Shown here: positions 23,560-34,740 of the stretch, in pieces
Layout of the letters: every line of letters starts with the position of its first letter
Numbering within the stretch: the first letter of the stretch is position 1
Source: Minutocellus sp. GHC0000111
Taxonomy: Eukaryota
Direction of reading: 5' to 3'
NCBI GenBank assembly: GCA_977018835.1
Contig: OZ361257.1
Location: 1,922,001 to 1,986,000, forward strand
Length of the DNA stretch: 64,000 bases
Notes under the pieces: model-generated
Told to the model about the DNA's origin: nothing
Database searches by the model: none
The model's input: only the letters and a program-made list of their open reading frames with translations
Translations under genes and position numbers: made by a program

Positions 23560-24171
23560 TCATTTTGCTGACCGAAGGTAGGCCTGGATCGAGGGCAGGG
23601 CGGCATCGCCAATGTGGAGCAAGGCATGTGTCCCGTCGTTCGTCCGCAGTTCACCCCACTGCTTGCCATCGGATGAACAAAAGTGAACAGACACGTAGTC
23701 TGAAGTCTGCGACCCAAAGTATGCCTTGGTGCAATCGCGACCGTATGTCCCCACGGTCACCTTGGTTATTTGGGTGCCATCCAGCGGAAATCGCTGGGCG
23801 ATGGTGGCCATCACCTCCGCGGAGGACATGGTGACGATGAGGGGTGCATCGTCGGGAGTTTTTCGGCGCTTTTCCCTGATGTCGCTGCCTCCGGCGTTGT
23901 CCATCTTTTCAGAACCATCGTCATGTTCGCGCATGCCGTCGCTATCGTCATCGAGGACCGTGGTCGGGCTGATCCGAAAGCAGCGGCCGATGCCGGAGGT
24001 TTGCAATTGCATAGCGAGGTGGCTGCGCTTGTGCTGGTGATTCCCTCCGCCAGCGTCGAGGTCCATTATCTCGGCATCATTTCCACCAGTTCCGTGCATA
24101 TTTGCAATTGCCTTTGTGTGTTCCTCGGCTCCTCTATCCTCCGGCGGACTTTTCAGTTTCCCTCGGCACAT
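23560..24171 (-). CDS. Hypothetical protein (disordered N-half with KRRK NLS-like motif, globular C-half)
   Basis: 203-aa ATG ORF with protein-like composition; no family recognised. Confidence 0.45.
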   Translation of the reverse strand: MCRGKLKSPPEDRGAEEHTKAIANMHGTGGNDAEIMDLDAGGGNHQHKRSHLAMQLQTSGIGRCFRISPTTVLDDDSDGMREHDDGSEKMDNAGGSDIREKRRKTPDDAPLIVTMSSAEVMATIAQRFPLDGTQITKVTVGTYGRDCTKAYFGSQTSDYVSVHFCSSDGKQWGELRTNDGTHALLHIGDAALPSIQAYLRSAK

Positions 24172-24729
24172 ATTATTGTGTCACAAAAATTGTGCTGCGT
24201 CAAGGAAAGGAAAGATACCCAACTAACAACAATGTACTCCATTGCTTGAGTCAGGAATGAAAACTATTCTCTCTTGCTCCTCAGTAACTGAATGGAGAGA
24301 TATCGTTTGCTCGGGCCCGGTACTACTACCGCCGGTACCCAAAAAAAGTGATGGGTGCGGTCGCGGCGGCATCGGCAGACGGTTCGAACTCGCGAGCCTG
24401 CCGCGCCTCGACGTACGTAGAAGTCTCATCGTACGTAGAATGTCTCACCTTGCTTGGCGGCATGGCATCGATCGACCGACCACACAACAATGGCGAACAA
24501 CTGGCGTCGGCCGTTGCTTGCGAATCTGCTTGCGGCACCGTAGAAGCGGCGAACGCGTGTGTTCATTTGCCCTGCGGCGTGTAAGAGGCTTGCTTTTAGC
24601 AGTTGATGTTCATTTTTTAGAGCTGCGTCTGAACTCCAGCAAGGATTAAGTTTCGAGCACGTATCGTGCCTACTTTACGTTTCCCGACTTTCGCCGAAAG
24701 AACAGTGCCATTCAGAGAAGAGCCGCCCA

Positions 24730-26244
24730 ATGATGCACTCGGACCCAAGCACGCCCGTCTCCACACCGCAACCACCCTCGGGTCGCAAACGCCCGCGTCC
24801 CAGAGGATCTCCCCCGACAACCCCTACTGCAACTGCCGCCTCATCGATCAGCTCGGCCGTATCGTCCGACGAAACCATCACCATCGCCGCTGCCTCCATC
24901 ACATGCTTCTTCATCCTGGCGGCGTGGTTCGCCCATTCGGCATTGGATGAATTCCATCAAAATTCCTTCCACAACGATAATTATAGCACCAACCACCCTC
25001 TTGACCTCATGCAACGACATCGGGCTCGCCAGGCCCCTCGGCCGAAACCGCGTCGTGCCATGTTATTCAAGCCCCTCGGCGGGCAGGGATTTGGCAACGT
25101 CATCAACGGCTTGTTGAGTGCGCACATGCTGGCCGACGAGTATGATCGCATTGTTTGTGTGGATCCCAACTTCAAGGCGTTTTTAAGAGCATTTGAACCG
25201 CTCCAAACCAAGGAGGAGGCGGACTTTTGCGCGTCGGAGTGGTATGCGCTCAAATCGACCAAGAGAGACAAGAAGGACCAAGCACGAGATTGCAAGATTG
25301 TCAACTTCTCCGCCGGGACGTTGAACGAGTGTACCCTGCGGGAGTGCTTGAGTCATGACGGACCGATTACATTTACGGGCAACACGTATCCGCGATGGTC
25401 GCATGTCTCAAAAGATTACTTTGCCACGCATTATCAACCCACCAAATTGCTCGAGGCCATACTGCCGTGGCATCGCAACCCACCCGACGTGGTTGTACAC
25501 TTGCGCAAGGAGGATGGACAGAAGGACAAACGGAAGGGGTTGGACGACGATACGTTCCATGCACTCGGCAGAATGTTACCGAGTGATACATTCTTGGTTA
25601 CCAACAATGTGGAGTGGTATTCGTGGTTTGGCACGAATTACGGATGGAAAAACAGCGGTTGGTTCGAGGTCAAGCACAGCATCCTGAAGAAGACGTGGGG
25701 CAACCGTGGTGCTCCCGATCAGCAGGAGGTAGTGGAGACCATGGCAACCAACAAGCTCAACATCACCGTCGATGAGTTGCACGAGTTGACCATGTATTCG
25801 GACTGGTGGACCTTGGCATCCGCGAATCAAAAAGTTTGGCACACGCACTCAGATTTCTCTTTGATTGCCGTCCATTGGATGAACAAGGAGAGCAAGACGA
25901 TCATGGGGATGAGAGAGGTGGCAGAGAAAGATTTGGAGGATCATCCAGATTTGAAGGTTGGAGACCAAATGCTGGATCTGATTGATGAAGAGTGGATACG
26001 AGACGGAGAAACGCCGCGGTTGGTCGATCGGACACTCGATATGCTGAAGAATTGCGATGACGAGGAGTTCAAGAAGCTAAAGGCAAAAGCGGCCAGGGAT
26101 GCAGCAAAAAAGAGAACGGAACGTGTCTATGAGTCTATTGGGGATGACGACAACCCACTTCGTCACGTTGAGTTGCCAAATGACTTGCAGATGAGATTTG
26201 TTTCTCGGCAGTATGCTTATTTCAATCCGAGGAGTAAATTGTGA
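24730..26244 (+). CDS. Type II membrane fucosyltransferase-like glycosyltransferase (GT23/GT37-like)
   Basis: N-terminal TM anchor; GQGFGNVINGLLSAHMLA and VVVHLR motifs typical of GDP-fucose-binding enzymes; C-terminal SDFS. Confidence 0.6.
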   Translation: MMHSDPSTPVSTPQPPSGRKRPRPRGSPPTTPTATAASSISSAVSSDETITIAAASITCFFILAAWFAHSALDEFHQNSFHNDNYSTNHPLDLMQRHRARQAPRPKPRRAMLFKPLGGQGFGNVINGLLSAHMLADEYDRIVCVDPNFKAFLRAFEPLQTKEEADFCASEWYALKSTKRDKKDQARDCKIVNFSAGTLNECTLRECLSHDGPITFTGNTYPRWSHVSKDYFATHYQPTKLLEAILPWHRNPPDVVVHLRKEDGQKDKRKGLDDDTFHALGRMLPSDTFLVTNNVEWYSWFGTNYGWKNSGWFEVKHSILKKTWGNRGAPDQQEVVETMATNKLNITVDELHELTMYSDWWTLASANQKVWHTHSDFSLIAVHWMNKESKTIMGMREVAEKDLEDHPDLKVGDQMLDLIDEEWIRDGETPRLVDRTLDMLKNCDDEEFKKLKAKAARDAAKKRTERVYESIGDDDNPLRHVELPNDLQMRFVSRQYAYFNPRSKL

Positions 26245-26285
26245 TCTAGGAGCTATTGTAGGGTAAAAATGATATGAATTGATAA

Positions 26286-28366
26286 TTATTTGAGAGTACG
26301 GAGGTGGTACAGATTGTTCGACTTGAAGGTATCTGTCTCGAATGCACCGTCATCAGAAGGTCTGAGTGCTCTCACCGCCCAATGGCCGTCTTGAGTCTTT
26401 TCAGTTATCACTGCATTGAAACCATTCCGGATGCGACCATTTCCTTCATCGTAGCTGATGCCTTTCATACGGACAAGATCTCCGACTGAGAAAGCGCCAA
26501 GCTTTTTGCAACTTCTGCCGTGCCACATGTCCCAAGCGAAGGAAGCACACTCCTTCGAGCAAAAATGGGCTTGGCAGCAACGACGGCACTTCAAGAGGGT
26601 TGGCAGCGTTTTACTTACGGTCTTTCCGCACTGATTACAGGCGGTACCGCCGACGGTATTTCTATATAATATCTTCATATCTTCGATGCGCTCCTCAGAA
26701 TCGGCAGAGCCATCACCATGGGCAAATCGAATCGAAGCAATTTCCTCCAAAGCACCAAAGCGTGATGCTCCTTGGAGAGTGGCCAAACGTCGAGCCGAGT
26801 CATCCACCACACGGGCAGAAAGAGCTTTCAAGGGACAATTCTCATTGTTATTGACGTGGTCACAAAGTGCGAAGGACTTCCGGCGAATGACTACTTCTCT
26901 GGGACAGTTCGAGGAGTAACTTGTCTCTTCGATGTAAGGAAGTTGACAGAAGCTATCCGCCTGTATCACCAAGGCCAAGGCGCGAATATAGGCTGGGAGC
27001 TTTGGGTTATTTATGATTGCATCAGTGATGGAGCGAAAATTACGATCAAGCTCACCAACCTGAATGTCACGAGAGTCCGTCCTCGCATGGGAAGCAACGC
27101 TGGTGAGCATAAGTAGCAAGAAATGTTCGGATCCGAGTAGAGCTTCTGGGGCGCGTGGGTCTACTTCAGATAACACGCCGGCAGCATCTCTCATTATTGT
27201 TGGGATAGAGCGAAATAGATCTCGGTTCACTGACAGGCCCATCAAATGATGCATGGAGCCAACAAGACCACCAAGGCCGACAAGCAAAGGAGAGCTCGAT
27301 TTAGCGAATTGCTGCGCTAGATCCTTCAATGCCGTAAAAGTCATGCGTAAAATGCCGTCGCCCGAATCATAATCGGCGAGACGTAGCTCTTCTGGTGACA
27401 TGTTGTGTTGGTCCAGAAAGAATAGATTCGTCAATGACGATGGCGCTTGGCCGGTCGTGGCAAGCTGGTCGTAAAAGGGCCCAAAGGTTTTCGAATCGAA
27501 TCGATCGAATCTAGAGCATTCTGTGCAAATCCATCCATTTCAAAGTCTAACAGGTGATCTGCCAACCTCTTGGCTTCCTTCAAGCGACCGTCTTTGACTA
27601 AAGCCACGAGAAACTTATGGATGTACACAGAGGTTTCACGGTAGGCATCAGGTGCGAGAACGAGGGCACGCTCAGCATACTTCGCGGCTAAGCTAATGTT
27701 CTGTGGCAAGTCATAAAATTTCATGTAAGCAGGCCTCAAAGGAAAACTAGTTGCATCTCGGTTCCACCCATGGCCCACCGAGAGAGAGTGGCAGGCATGA
27801 GGGTGACCGGCGTCTGCCGCTAGCTCCATCAGCCGTAGGAACAAATGGCCGTCTTTGAAATTCATTGTGGCCCGTGCATAATGATACAGAGCCCAAGGGG
27901 CCCCTGTCTTGACATGCATCAAAATGAGATCGGGGCTTGACGTACAGATACGTCTGTGAGCACTGAAGCAATCGTCGCACACCATTGCGCCACATGGCAT
28001 GTGAAGAGAGGCAACTTCTGGTAGGCATCCGTCCGGAAACGGAACTGAGCAGTGAGCGCAAATCCTAGGATCGTCGTTAGTCGATACGATGCCTCGAAGG
28101 CTAGGGATCTTGAGAGCGCGAATGGCCTCCTCGGGATGCTCGGTCCTTGTTGCATCGATGTATGCTCCGAACGATGGAACTTTGACCTTCTGGACTGTCG
28201 AAGGTAGGACGACCGTCTGCCTGGCCAAAGAATTCCGCTCGATCCTCTCCACCAAGGCTGGAGGAGGGTCGACGTCCATGGGGTCACTGCGTCCCCCGAC
28301 GCTTCCACGCTTGCCACTGCCGGCGGCACCCTCACGGCGGCCCTTTTTGAAGCTCTTCTTTCCCAT
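26286..28366 (-). pseudogene. RING-like + Sel1-like + MYND zinc-finger protein split by a frameshift
   Basis: N-part has CAHC..HMPCG..CDDC and Sel1-like AADAGHPHAC. C-part has MYND CNQC..CRRC..FCSKEC...W..H...C. The two frames join if a 5-bp tandem duplication (27492-27501) is removed. Confidence 0.6.
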
Positions 28367-29311
28367 AGTTTAGCAGTTGTGGAAGGAGGGCGAGGGAGGC
28401 AAGAGGAGGCGATGAAGATCTGTTCCCTAGGATCGACGGACAGTCCAGGATCGACGGACAGTCTAGTAGCTACCTGGCTGGCACGTCTGACGCCGAATGC
28501 AGTTGGGTGGATCTTTCGAGCGATATGAATGGAGCCAAAGCTATGTAGAATGTTTCTGCTGGCCTCCATATAATATACCCGTTTGGAGCTGATTGTGTGG
28601 GCCTTGGTTGGGTGTATCTGTCCAAGGCTGGTAGTAGTTGTTGCTATTGTTGTTGGTTCGATATCTTTTTTTCTTTCGTTGTGTGAAAAGTGAGGAGGAG
28701 TGGCAGCCGCCACCATGCGACCCAGCCAGACACGCGGCCATCTCGAATCATTAGACTGCAACGAAAATTTTGCCCAGCATGGCCAAACGAGCGAGGCAGG
28801 ATATCCAATCGATGCTGGTGCTATCATAGTGTGTGTGCTCAACTCGCTCATCAGCCCAAAGTAGGCAGGCAACTTTCATGCATGAGTCCAACATACACGT
28901 AGCTCCCGATCACATGATGTGCCAGCAGCTACGAGCGAGTGGTATCTTATGTCAGTGCAACGCAGCGCAGTATCATGGCCGATCTGGCCCGGCGATCTGC
29001 CATGCTGCTGCTGTCCAACGACGCCTCGCTCGATATTCGGTACCGCCGCCGCCTTGCGATTGCTGATCGGTGTTATTAGGTTATGGGCCGAAAAATAAAC
29101 CCCGAAAATTCCCGAGGCTGATGGACCGAGGTACCCCAGCTCCATTTGGCGCACCTGCTTGTGCGAACATGAGGCAAACGCATTCGGCGGCCGTCACTCA
29201 CCTCTCGCCGGCACGTGAGCAGAAGAAGTTAAGTTGTATCCTTTACAATTGCGAGCTAGTGATTGAATAGTCGCTCGCTGCCCATACCATACCTCGAAAT
29301 CACACGGAAAG

Positions 29312-30505
29312 ATGAGCCAGCCGCCGCCGCCGTCATCGTCAGCTACCGCAAGGCGGAGGCGGAATTCTTCTGGCACTACTGCGCGTACTGCCCTCACTGG
29401 TCTGGGCCTTGTGGCTGCTAGTACAATCGGCTCATCAAATGCCGAAGCAGCAGTAAGTAACACCGCCCTCCACGAACAATGCATCCAACTCGATCCCGAC
29501 AGCATGTCCAGCGACCAGCCCAACCGACCAATGCTCCTCTTCAAATACGCCCGCACCGGATCCACCTGGCTGGCCTGGACGGGCAGCAAGCTCCGCCTGC
29601 AATCCGGCCTGGCCATGACGTGGATTCACGAAACCCAAAAGTGCATGCTAGACCAGTACGAATCCCCGCAAGAGGAGGCGACCGACTTGGCCACGTGGTT
29701 GTCGGAATATTTTTCCAAGGTCCCGCAAGAGGAGGCCCTGGTCAATACGCGGGCCAACCTCAAGAACGGCAGCGGATCCAAGCACGTCAATCATCAATGT
29801 TTAGTAACGGCCGGCAAGGATGTGGAGACGATGGGGAGCAATATCGCCACGCTCAACCCTCATGCGTCGCACGAGGAAACACCAGATGTGAGCGACGAGC
29901 AGTGGGGCGACATATTCGAGGCCAACCCCACCCTAGCCATGGGGGTGCTGGTTCGAACCAATTCGGTCAAGAGGGCCATATCGGGCATTGCTTCGGAGGT
30001 ACAACGGGAGATGTGCGGGTCGAAGAAGCTTCACGGGGATGAGGATTGCAATGACAAGCTGCCCAAGACCCTGCGTTTGGATCCGCAGCTACTGATGGAC
30101 TCCATTGTAGAGAGTGAGAGGAAGCAAATTATTGTTACTGAGGAGGCTGCCAGATTATCACGCCTGTTTGGAGACGGCAAAATATTCTGCCTATCCTACG
30201 AAGCCATGCAATTGAATCTATCGGGAGAAATGAAGAACCTGGGTGAATTCCTCGGAGCGCCCATTGCCGATGCCTCCATCGAAGAACTGCGGAACGAGCA
30301 GCACGGGGCATCGGCATCGGTATCGTACAAGCGCGGATCGGACGATCTGCGAGAATATTTGGAGAACTACGAGGAGATACGGGATTTTTTGAGCGCCAAG
30401 TCTCCCTGTCTGTTGGAGCAGCTCGAGGCGTCCGAGCCACGGATATTTCCCACTTGTGGGGTTTGGGACGGTGGTGATGTTGATGATGTGGAGGAAGATG
30501 AGTGA
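29312..30505 (+). CDS. Membrane-anchored sulfotransferase (Stf0/Sulfotransfer-like)
   Basis: 5'-PSB loop KYARTGSTWL; 3'-PB LVRTNSVKRAIS; LSYEAM; LENYEEI tail; N-terminal hydrophobic segment. Confidence 0.75.
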   Translation: MSQPPPPSSSATARRRRNSSGTTARTALTGLGLVAASTIGSSNAEAAVSNTALHEQCIQLDPDSMSSDQPNRPMLLFKYARTGSTWLAWTGSKLRLQSGLAMTWIHETQKCMLDQYESPQEEATDLATWLSEYFSKVPQEEALVNTRANLKNGSGSKHVNHQCLVTAGKDVETMGSNIATLNPHASHEETPDVSDEQWGDIFEANPTLAMGVLVRTNSVKRAISGIASEVQREMCGSKKLHGDEDCNDKLPKTLRLDPQLLMDSIVESERKQIIVTEEAARLSRLFGDGKIFCLSYEAMQLNLSGEMKNLGEFLGAPIADASIEELRNEQHGASASVSYKRGSDDLREYLENYEEIRDFLSAKSPCLLEQLEASEPRIFPTCGVWDGGDVDDVEEDE

Positions 30506-30923
30506 GTGAATGATGATTAGTTACGGTGACGGCAGGAATCCCTAAGAGTAGTTTATGTTCACTAGAGTCTAGACTTACATGCATGGAAGGCATACTAGTA
30601 TATACGGTAAGAAGTAGGAGAAGAAGAATGGAGGAGAGAGGGAGAGCACGTGCGGAGAGAAGAAATTTGCAAAATCTCAAAAATTCTCGCATTCTCGCGC
30701 GCCACAAAATGAGGTGATGCGAGCCCGGCGCACCCGCCATCGATCTTTTTTTACGCCGAAATGCCGAACCGCCACCCCCAGATTCATTGAGCATTTCAGG
30801 CGAGGGATGGGTTCAGGTTCCGCTTGACTTGATTCCTCCTCGTAATCAGATTGCATATCTTTCATCTTTTGTGGCCTTTAATTGGTTGATCACCATTTTC
30901 TCAACTGTATCTAAAAGCAACCG

Positions 30924-32525
30924 ATGGAACTCGAAGACCCGGCAATACTTGCAATGGAGCAACCTGCGCCACTGGTTGGGCTCCTCCACGACCAAGTGCG
31001 TTTGCGATTATGGTCAATCGTCCGGAGAAGATTGCAAGATAACACCGACATTGATCCCTCGCGAGATGACTTGCGCGAGGCCCTTCGTCGGGCCATTGTG
31101 CTTTCAGCCCCGATCGATATCGTCCGCAGCCTGCTTGCGATGAACCCCGCCGACGTTACCTTGGCCTCGAGCCCATTTTCGAGTGAACCCGATGCCGCCT
31201 CGAAGCGCAACCAGTGCAGTCCGCTGCACATTGCTGCTATGAAATATGTCCCGCCCAACATTGTCGATGCGATTTTGGAGCGCAATCCCGACTGGTGCAT
31301 CGCCACTGACGCGTACGGCCGATCACCATTGCACATCTTGTGTCTATGTGTTACCAATTCGATGACAAATCGAACGGCCGAAGACAGGAGGGAAAACATT
31401 GACCATCTTGTCCGATCGGTCCTGGATCGTCATCCCAAGGCGGCTTCCATCGTGGATAGAAAGGGCAACACACCGTTGCATCGGATTGCATGCTGGCAAT
31501 CCCAAAGTTTGTACTTCTTGAGCCGCGACATAGCTAGGTCCCTAATGGAAGCTCAGCCAGCGGCAGCCAAAAAGGTCAACAGGGCAGGACGAAACGCCCT
31601 ACTACACGCCATCCACTTTCGTGCGCCATATTATGTCGTTAATGAAATTATAACCAAGTGCCCAGAGTTAGTGACTGGGTACAAAGGGAAAACCCCGCTG
31701 CTGACTCTGGTTTTGAGGAACTGGTACCACCGCGATCAGGCATCGAGCTTCGAAGGGGCCGACGGCTACAATGAATCGCTGCTTATGCCAAGAGAAACCT
31801 TGGCGAAGAAGGCCGAATCTTCCGATACCCGTGCCATGGAAAACGGCCATTGGCATCCAATTTATATTGCCAAAGATATCATCCGTTCTTACTGCAGCAA
31901 AACCGAGGGTGGGATGATTCGTTGGATGATGACGCACCCCGCTCTTTGCCCGAAACTCATTCAGCGCATTGGATACTGTACATTTCCCTACGGTCTCAAA
32001 TTTGCTTTGGCGTCGAATGGAAATTTCATGCTCCATACGATAGCTTCGACACCTCCCATTGACGAGGCAACTACCAAACAAGTCGAACCTCATCCACTTA
32101 CTGATGACGCGAAAGCCGTGTGTCCGGTCAGCGAAATTGCAGAGATGTATCCCGAGGCCGCCCGGAAAACGAACAAGGCCGGCAAACTACCGCTGCAACT
32201 TGCCATTGAATCCGGTCGACGGTGGAGCTCTGGGGTACGAGCGCTGGTCAAGGCCAACCCAACGGCCCTCTTGTACGAGAACATACCGCTTGGAGCCATA
32301 CCACATGCTTTCGAAAAGGTTGTGCAGGAAGATGACCTATCGCTAACATTCCAAGTGATGAAGGAGACCATTGGCGGTATCCTCGGTAGCTGCGATGATT
32401 GCGGATGCAAAATTTTATCACCGGCTAGATCATGCGGTCAAAAGAGACAACGACATCGAACCCCACCCAAGAGCTCCGCCAAGCGGCTCTTTGCCTCTCC
32501 CAGCCATGCTGGCGAACAAAAGTAA
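30924..32525 (+). CDS. Ankyrin-repeat protein
   Basis: Repeated SPLHIAA, GRSPLHIL, GNTPLHRI, GKTPLL, GKLPLQLAI units. Confidence 0.85.
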   Translation: MELEDPAILAMEQPAPLVGLLHDQVRLRLWSIVRRRLQDNTDIDPSRDDLREALRRAIVLSAPIDIVRSLLAMNPADVTLASSPFSSEPDAASKRNQCSPLHIAAMKYVPPNIVDAILERNPDWCIATDAYGRSPLHILCLCVTNSMTNRTAEDRRENIDHLVRSVLDRHPKAASIVDRKGNTPLHRIACWQSQSLYFLSRDIARSLMEAQPAAAKKVNRAGRNALLHAIHFRAPYYVVNEIITKCPELVTGYKGKTPLLTLVLRNWYHRDQASSFEGADGYNESLLMPRETLAKKAESSDTRAMENGHWHPIYIAKDIIRSYCSKTEGGMIRWMMTHPALCPKLIQRIGYCTFPYGLKFALASNGNFMLHTIASTPPIDEATTKQVEPHPLTDDAKAVCPVSEIAEMYPEAARKTNKAGKLPLQLAIESGRRWSSGVRALVKANPTALLYENIPLGAIPHAFEKVVQEDDLSLTFQVMKETIGGILGSCDDCGCKILSPARSCGQKRQRHRTPPKSSAKRLFASPSHAGEQK

Positions 32526-32741
32526 CGCTGTGAACACAAGCGCCTTAATTTGCTTGTTGCGCTGTCCTGTATTTGACCACCCGGGGCAATAGATTATCCT
32601 AAAAGAAAAGAAACGAAACTCATCTTGCTAGTTCTATAAATAAATTCAAACTCATAAACAATGCTACGCTAGAACAACAAGTGAAGTCGAGTCAAAATGT
32701 AAGCATTTTCTACTTTATATATCGGACCGTCGCCCTAAGTT

Positions 32742-34572
32742 TTACGGCTCGACGATCTCAATCTTCGTACCCTTGCGGATTTGTCCCCAACCAATCAATC
32801 GCCAGTGCTTGTCCACTCTTCGGCTGAGAGCGATCTTCTCACCCTCCTTGGTACAGACGGGCTGCGTGAGGGCGATCTTGGCCAGGTCGCCCTTGACGGC
32901 CTGGACCTTGCCGCCGGTGGCGGTCGAGCCAATGTTGACCATGAGGATCTCCGCTCGGCTTAGCTTCTGGACCTTGGCCTGCTTGCCACCGTCGCTGGTC
33001 TTGACACCGAGCAACCGGCGGAGGAGGTAGTAGGAGATCTCAATCTCGGCAAATACATCGGGGAGCTGTCCCCGCAGACCGAGGACCTGTCCGACCAGCC
33101 GATCGGCACGGGTGAGGGTGGGGTCGACGCGGGTACCGACACCGATGAGACCACCGGGGACGGCATACTGCAACGTGTTGGATTCGGCGAACAGACTGGA
33201 CACACGGGAGTAGATGGGAGAGCATCGCATGGTACCGTCGCCGTCGGTGGACTTGGTAACGATGCCGGGTCGGACCTCGATCTCGTCGTTGACGCGAAGG
33301 ACGCCCTGAAGGATGGACCCACCGGCGACTCCGCCCTGCAGGTCGGACACGTCCTGACCGGGCTTGTTGACGTCGAAGGAACGGATGACGATCATGCGGG
33401 GTACCGACGTAAAGTCCCGAAGAGGAACGGGAACACGGTGGACGAGGTATTCGCAGACGACGTCGATGTTGTATTTGAGGACGGCACTGATGGGGATGAC
33501 GGGCGCGGAATCGGCGACGGTACCGGCGACGAACTTTCGGATCTGCTCGTGCTGGGCCAGAGCGGCATCGGGCTTAACGAGATCGACCTTGTTTTGGAGG
33601 ATGATGATGTTTTGCAGGCGCATAATTTCCACGGCGGCCAAGTGCTCCGAGGTTTGCGGCTGGGGGCAGGTTTCGTTGCCGGCAACGAGAAGAAGGGCGG
33701 CGTCCATGACGGCCGCGCCGTTGAGCATGGTGGCCATGAGAATGTCGTGACCGGGACAATCCACGAACGACACATGCCGGCGCAGATGGTAAGTCACGCC
33801 GGTCTTTTCATCTGAAAAGGTATCGGGATGGGACGATCCACGGGAGGTGTAGAACCCACCCTTTTGCTTGTCATCGTCGCCGCCACTCGCTTCCTCCCCG
33901 CCCTCCTTTTCGGGTGCCGGATCTCCCTTGTAAAGTTTGGCATTGGCATACCCCAGCTTGATGGTGATATTCCGCTCGAGCTCGTTCTTGAACCGGACCG
34001 TCTGCACGCCCGAGATGGCCTTGACGACCGTCGACTTGCCGTGCGCTACGTGGCCGATGGTACCAATGTTGATGGTTGCCTGGCGACTGATCTGTGGTGG
34101 TTGAAAGATGGCAAATGCATGAGTGAGCAAAGATTAGCAAACATGGACGCGATGCGATGCATGGTATGGTGATGTCTCTTTCTTCGGACGGGTCGTTCAT
34201 CGGCGGCAACATCATTTTTTCTCGGGACGGACGACAATCTTGCGCCCAAAGATCTCCGTCCAAAACCGGCACAAGATGTGTCAACTCTGAAAAAAGACCG
34301 ACCGAATGCACAGCCACTCCTCACGGAACACCCTCAAGTCGCGGTGCCCGTTTTATCGCCGGTATTGACCACCATGCTTCCTCACGCAACTCCCATTCAA
34401 CCCTCCAGACAACTGAGCCCATAACCCATTGCGGCCCTCCGGCATGAAACCCGTCTTGCCTCCTCCTCTCACGTGCCGCACCAAAACTCACAACTTCCGG
34501 AGTCAAAGCCGACAATTTGCTCGGGTCGACCGCCTGGGCGTCCTGCGGGAGGAGTACGTCCTCCTTCGTCAT
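32742..34572 (-). CDS. EIF2S3: Translation initiation factor eIF2 gamma subunit; 2 exons (34492-34572, 32742-34091)
   Basis: [47 protein letters not shown]. Exon 1 [15 protein letters not shown] joined by a 400-bp GT..AG intron (34092-34491). Confidence 0.95.
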
Positions 34573-34740
34573 GGCTGCGCTGCTTCTATCGTGCCTTCCT
34601 CGGCTGCTTCGATATGCCCAGATCGCATGACGTGCCGCCGCTGTCGGGCGACTGCCAGACCGCTGAGTAAACATGAGGTTATTGGTAGTAACGTTACGTG
34701 CTGCAGTGCTGGCCACAAATTTGCGCCATTTTTACTACGC

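Noticed and set aside
28429..28463. 18-bp-period tandem duplication AGGATCGACGGACAGTC upstream of the MYND gene
   Set aside because: Only two copies; ordinary local duplication.
34092..34491. Intronic snoRNA in the long introns of eIF2-gamma, TauE or UGDH
   Set aside because: No convincing paired C/D boxes with terminal stem, or H/ACA hairpins, seen by eye; would need snoscan/Infernal.
34429..34740. N-terminal extensions in the ORF track for TRM11 (also RPL11, kinase, TauE, VPS23)
   Set aside because: They start at TTG/GTG codons or lie in introns, UTRs or neighbouring genes; downstream ATGs or spliced exons fit better.
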